Shown piece by piece: positions 58,613-64,000 of a stretch of 64,000 nucleotides of DNA (positions within the stretch are counted from its first letter, which is position 1; each line of letters starts with the position of its first letter). Below the pieces are notes generated by a model. The model worked only from the letters and a program-made list of their open reading frames with translations, did not search any database and was not told where the DNA came from. The DNA is from Thraustochytrium aureum (lineage: Eukaryota). The DNA lies in assembly GCA_012862495.1 (NCBI GenBank), contig BLSG01000197.1:124591-188590 (forward strand), written 5' to 3'. The position numbers and the translations under genes are program-made.

Positions 58613-59505
58613 CGCGTGTGGCGCGCTGTGCGCTGAGAGTATCACGATGTGAACCTGTCTTTTGGGGCCAGGGGCAGGATGTCGTGGCTTTTGAAAAACT
58701 CCACTCCCCTGCCAAGCCGCGACAGCCACGCACGCCTGATAGAAGCCGCTGCGCCCCTGGGCAGATGCAAAGCGGATGCCTGAACATACTCAGAGTACTC
58801 TACNNNNNNNNNNNNNNNNNNNNNNNNNNNNNNNNNNNNNNNNNNNNNNNNNNNNNNNNNNNNNNNNNNNNNNNNNNNNNNNNNNNNNNNNNNNNNNNNN
58901 NNNNNNNNNNNNNNNNNNNNNNNNNNNNNNNNNNNNNNNNNNNNNNNNNNNNNNNNNNNNNNNNNNNNNNNNNNNNNNNNNNNNNNNNNNNNNNNNNNNN
59001 NNNNNNNNNNNNNNNNNNNNNNNNNNNNNNNNNNNNNNNNNNNNNNNNNNNNNNNNNNNNNNNNNNNNNNNNNNNNNNNNNNNNNNNNNNNNNNNNNNNN
59101 NNNNNNNNNNNNNNNNNNNNNNNNNNNNNNNNNNNNNNNNNNNNNNNNNNNNNNNNNNNNNNNNNNNNNNNNNNNNNNNNNNNNNNNNNNNNNNNNNNNN
59201 NNNNNNNNNNNNNNNNNNNNNNNNNNNNNNNNNNNNNNNNNNNNNNNNNNNNNNNNNNNNNNNNNNNNNNNNNNNNNNNNNNNNNNNNNNNNNNNNNNNN
59301 NNNNNNNNNNNNNNNNNNNNNNNNNNNNNNNNNNNNNNNNNNNNNNNNNNNNNNNNNNNNNNNNNNNNNNNNNNNNNNNNNNNNNNNNNNNNNNNNNNNN
59401 NNNNNNNNNNNNNNNNNNNNNNNNNNNNNNNNNNNNNNNNNNNNNNNNNNNNNNNNNNNNNNNNNNNNNNNNNNNNNNNNNNNNNNNNNNNNNNNNNNNN
59501 NNNNN

Positions 59506-61247
59506 AGCGTGTTTTCCCACACGTCAACGAGGGCCACGTCGCGGTTTTCGCTGTCCCAGTTCTTGGGCACCCCGATCAGGTCGAAGCTCCTCTTCGTGTC
59601 TGTCAGGGTGAGTCGAATGTAGGTCGAGGTCTGCGACACGGTGGCCAACGTGTCCCGCGACCACGCAAAGGGCGTGCTCAGCTGTTTGCGCGTGTAGGTG
59701 CGGAACGGCTGGTGGTACGCCGCGCTGTACCGCGTGGGCGACTTTGTCGGCGCCGGCGAAGCGGTCGGTCCAGGCCGCGGCTGCACTTTGGTCGGCCGCA
59801 TCGTCGGTCTCGGCGTGGGCCTGCGCGTGCGCCTCTGCGTCGGGGCCTTGCTGGGGCGCGGCGTCGTCGGGGCCGGCGTCCAGACGTCAGTGTGCCCATC
59901 CGTCTCCCGCTTTAGCTCAAAGAACAGCGCCCCCCCCGTCTCGAGCGGCTTGGCTGCGACGTTGCCGCCCTTGAAGGGGTAAGTGTAGCTCACCACGGCA
60001 GTGTCTGCCACCAAGCCGAGATGAAACATGGAATGGCTATTGGACCACCAGTTTGCGAACTCGGTGCGGTCCAGCGCGCTCTCAAAGTCCTCGCCTTGCA
60101 CAAACGCATACGTGAAGCGGTTAGACTCCACGAACGCTTGGGTCCTCTTGTCAAACTGGAGTACGAGAAACTCAAGGTCGATCTCCGCGCACGAGCCGCA
60201 CTCGATCGGGAAGGCCTCGCTGCCCGGTGCCGGCTCACTTGGGTCTACCGCGCAGGTGCAGGCACGCCTCGGCATTTGGCTGGCCTTCAATGTGGCCACA
60301 ACGACCCTGCTATCCGAGACGGCAACGCGCACCTTGCGCCACTTGCCGCTTCCGACGATGTGCGTCCTCTGGAGTTCCCAGATCTCGTTTCGGTGCGAGA
60401 ACACGTGCGCTGAGATCTGGGACTTGGACTCGTCGACGCCTGTGAACACTGCAAACTTGCCCGAGGGCGACGCCGCCCCAGAAAAGTACCAGTCGTTGTC
60501 GTTCTTGATCGGGACTTGAGCCACGTACCGGCCTTTGGCGCGCTGCGGCCAGCTCTTGTCAGGGCGTTTGTTGATGAACATCATAGTCATCGGGTCATCA
60601 TCGTACGAGGCAAAGTCTGTGGCGACCCAATCCCCGCCGCTCAGCGCGACGTAGTCCCAGCCGACCTCGCCCTCGTCGCTGTAATCCATGTGGAGTCTAC
60701 GCTTCTCGACCCAACCGGTCGCTTTGTCAAACTCAAAGACGTACAGGGCTGCGGTGTACCAAAAGTATACGTCCTCTGCTCCAGTAGGGTCTGACGTGGC
60801 GACCAGCAGAGTGTTGGAGTGCAACGAGATCCTGGAGATCTTCCACGATCGAAAGATTAGGGACTCCATGGCCCATCCGCTCCTAGACTGGGCAAAGATC
60901 TGGATCTCCTGCTCGCCCACCTGGACCACGACACGATTTGCGGCAAACACGATATCTTTGATCACCATGCCCTCGTTGCTCGGCGTGCTGACAATCGCCA
61001 CTTCGGCGGTGCTTGTACTCCACGCGTTGCCCTTCCGCGCGTATGTGAAGAACGAACGCTCCTTGTGGCCGACCATGTTGTTGCCCCATGCCGCGCACTT
61101 GCCAAAGCCCGGCAAGTTGAGTTTGGCGTAGGGAGCGAGCGCACCGTCAGCGAGCCTTTCGCCAAAATCGGAGGGAACGTTGCCGCTGACTAGGCTAGCG
61201 CTCAGCACGGCCGCGGCGGCGGCCACGAGGAGAGCGCCCAGCTTCAT
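59506..61247 (-). CDS. Secreted protein: signal peptide, beta-propeller-like (FG-GAP-like) domain, Pro/Thr mucin-like linker, second beta-rich domain running into the gap
   Basis: MKLGALLVAAAAAVLSASLVSG signal; repeated blades ending in W (GWAMES, GWVEKRRL, IWELQRT); PTTPRPSKAPTQRRTRRPTPRPTMRPT. The 3' end is in the gap 58804-59505. Confidence 0.8.
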
Positions 61248-61320
61248 CGTGCTGTGTATACCTCGAGTCTTGTCGTCGTTGTTGTTTTCGGTTTTCCTTT
61301 GATGATGTTACTTGTGCTTC

Positions 61321-61343
61321 TGCTGCTGCTGCTGCTGCTGCTG
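61321..61343. repeat. (TGC)n/(CAG)n microsatellite in the 5' region of the secreted-protein gene
   Basis: About 7.7 perfect units. Confidence 0.9.
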
Positions 61344-63182
61344 TTGTCGACTGGGCGACGGTTTGGGGTCTGTCTGCATCGCGGTGGTCAGCTTTTGACG
61401 CTTTGTCACGGCTTGCATTGAGCGCAAGGTGAGAGGACAAGGCGACCAATGCGTTGACGCGCAAAGGCTGAACTGTTTGAAAAGTTGGCACGCTGCAATT
61501 CTGCAAGGAGGCCAGGGTTGGATAGTCTTTGCCTCCCCTCTGACTTTGTCACGGTGCAGCTTTGGCAAGCGCTTGTTGCCAGGCACGGCCCGCACAACTC
61601 TGGCATCCCTCGCCTTTCAGCGGGATGTCAAGAGCCAGACTGGTCGCCTGCAGTGCCTTTCGCAAGGGGCAAGGGAACAATTTCGGACGGGGCGGCTGGA
61701 CGCGAGTGTGCCTCTAGCGAGAGAGCAACCATCTTACAACGAGTGTAGCACTCAAACTGCCGCTTCAGTCACACCTGCGCTCGGAACACCGGCGCCTCCA
61801 GGCAAGAGCTCAAGTGAGGTGCCTCAAGTGTGGCAACTCACTGCTAGCCGGTCCTGCCCGAAGACAGGAGAGTGCTGGCCCATACGCAGCCCTCGCTGCC
61901 TCGACCCTTCCGCGACGCCAATACTCGCTTGATCCACGAGTAGGTTATTCGTTGCCGCAGGCCACTCGTCNNNNNNNNNNNNNNNNNNNNNNNNNNNNNN
62001 NNNNNNNNNNNNNNNNNNNNNNNNNNNNNNNNNNNNNNNNNNNNNNNNNNNNNNNNNNNNNNNNNNNNNNNNNNNNNNNNNNNNNNNNNNNNNNNNNNNN
62101 NNNNNNNNNNNNNNNNNNNNNNNNNNNNNNNNNNNNNNNNNNNNNNNNNNNNNNNNNCTCGACGAAGACCAAAACGTCGTGCAGGAGCAAGCAGGCAGCA
62201 TGGCACCCGAGCTGATCGCCCGCTCGGCCGGCCAGCATCCGCGCGAGGCCCGAGCCGCGATTTTTGACCCCAACGCGCGTCAGTTCGGGACACCAGCATT
62301 TCCATGTCGCAGAGAAGCGGCGGATCGACGATCACGGCACTTGTCCGGACAGGACACGTCAGGTAGCCCGATCGGCTGCCTCGCGCGCGTCGTGGAAAGG
62401 CAAAAGAGCCACGTGCTCGCCGTCCGCAGAGATGCCCGAGGTGGGTCGTTCCGCAGTGGCACGGACTTAGTGGGGTTAGCGAGTTAGCGGGTTATCCATC
62501 CGGTGAAGTCGGTTAGAGGCGTTTTGGGGACAAGTGGAACACGCTGATCTGCTGGCGCGGCTTCCAGAGGACCGTCCAGGAGTTAATTGTTCAGCGACCA
62601 TCGAGAACCGCGACGGTCTCTCTGGAGAGTCAAGCCTCTCTTGGAATTGGACTGCCACGGCGTAAGCGAGTTCCGGGAGGCGGCTGAATTCGCACCTTGG
62701 CAAGGCTGCCGCGGTTTGAGCAAGGCGGGTCGGTCCTACTTGCCAAGAAGTGACTAGGATCGCCGTCTTGCCTTTGCGGGAACCTGCGTTGCGGCGGACC
62801 AATTGGGCAGTCGGTCGAAGCGAGCAAAGACATCAAGTTGGAGGCCTGGGCCGCCTCCTTCTGGACTCCAAATACATTCAGGTGAAACGCGACGCGCTTC
62901 GTGCGTCGCCGTGCCTTCCTGGCCGTCATCTCGGCCACGATCGAGGCCGATGAGACCGCTCGGACGCCCGAGCTAAACGGCCAAGTCACAAGCGACACCA
63001 GCGAATCGAACGGAGCGCAGCTTCAAACGCGCGCGCTCTCGCCGGCCTGCCGCCGCCGCGGGCCAGGCCACATGAGTTTTAGAAGCGCTCAATCAAATCA
63101 AAAACAATCAAAAACAATAATCAAACAAACCTTTCATTTCAATCAAAAATATAAAAAATATCTCTCGCGCCAAGAGTTCGTG

Positions 63183-63966
63183 TCAGGCCACCTGCGCGAA
63201 CGAGAGCACGTGGCCGAACGCGAAGAGGCCAGAACAGTCGATGTTGGGCTGGTCCAGAGACTGGCCCACGAGCGCCATCCTGTCCTCGGAAGAAATCAGC
63301 TTGGCAATGAGGAACCGCGCCGTGCGCGGAAACTGCAGCGGAATATCGAGCCGGGACCGCAAAGAGTCGTCCTTGACGGAGAACCACGCCACAAGCTGTA
63401 GGTCGTGCGAGGCACAGGCAGCGGGCTGGGGCTCGAACTCGACAATATCAGCGTCACTCATGGCGTGGTGAGCGGCAATGCGAGGAAGCTCGCCGAGGCA
63501 CACGCGCTCGCGCAAGTCCTCATACGTTGTGATGCCCACGAGACGCTCCATGAGCGGGCAGGCTTTCGCTCGGTCCACGTCGTGCGACACAGCGCGCGCC
63601 AAGCAATCGTCGTCCAACGTCAAGTGAGCTTGGTCCGCCTCTGGGGCGCGCCGATTCGCCGCCCTCTGCCCCTCGCGGAGCAGCCTCGTCGCGACGAAAA
63701 CTGCGCCGCAATTGACGGGGCAGGTAAAGTTGCCCTCGCGCCCAACGACGACGCGGCGCACGAGGGCGACGTCGCCCTTCGAAAGGCTACGCAGCGCCCG
63801 GGGCCGTACGAGGACAGCGCCGTCTGCATCGAGCGCGTGCACGCCCGAGAACACGAGCCGGCACCCGAGACGCGACGCGAACGAGATGGCCTGATGGTCT
63901 CTCTGCTCTTCCTCGCGGCGCTCTCGATCGATCTTGTCTGCAAACGACACCAGTCCCTGCCGGTAC
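63183..63966 (-). CDS. Last exon of a hypothetical protein (5' part lies beyond the window)
   Basis: Coding-like ORF ending RFLIAKLISSEDRM...PNIDCSGLFAFG...*. It is preceded by a polypyrimidine tract and CAG acceptor at 63967-64000 and followed by an AT-rich 3' region (63090-63160). Confidence 0.65.
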
Positions 63967-64000
63967 CTGTTGCGCGCCGCGTGCGAGGAGAAAAGAAAGA

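Noticed and set aside
965..59915. ORF-track proteins that run through long X stretches (e.g. 8788-11649, 2926-4581, 58618-59622)
   Set aside because: N gaps suppress stop codons and do not preserve frame, so these lengths and fusions are artefacts.
61400..63070. Several 100-170 aa ORFs between the secreted-protein gene and the last gene, and ORF 1835-2389
   Set aside because: No coherent coding composition or motifs; more consistent with intergenic DNA or decayed repeats.

Overview
Gene-dense, GC-rich, intron-poor eukaryotic scaffold. It has short GT-AG spliceosomal introns with CTAAC/CTGAC branch points and no operon, CRISPR, rRNA or tRNA signal. A thraustochytrid-like (labyrinthulomycete stramenopile) host is inferred from gene style, not proven. 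The assembly is a draft with many N gaps and many 1-2 bp indels, mostly in homopolymers, that split real genes across ORF-track frames, so gene models were rebuilt by hand. About 22 protein-coding genes are present. In order: a tandem pair of type II membrane proteins, VPS11, a short fragment running into a gap, a probable mitochondrial membrane protein, a ~9.3 kb multi-TM/C2 calpain-like gene, an RCC1-repeat protein, an inositol 5-phosphatase, an S10 carboxypeptidase with an EGF module, myotubularin, a bacterial PTS-IIC-like transporter homologue, thiamine pyrophosphokinase, a KxDL/KXD1-like protein, a DGAT2 with a long multi-TM N-terminus, nitronate monooxygenase, a PTPA-TIP41 fusion, a triple-SAP protein, a hypothetical gene, polyprenol reductase, two paralogous membrane proteins, a coiled-coil protein, a secreted propeller/mucin protein and a partial last gene. 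Most notable: (1) an in-frame fusion of two opposing PP2A regulators, PTPA and TIP41/TIPRL; (2) an apparent eukaryotic homologue of a bacterial PTS sugar-transporter-like family; (3) a DEK1-style membrane calpain lacking its catalytic Cys and His, with a split C2 domain and a WW-IQ tail; (4) a VPS11 whose RING-H2 has lost 6 of 8 zinc ligands; (5) a degenerate dispersed repeat found twice in inverted orientation. Family assignments come from motifs recognised by eye; no database searches were run.
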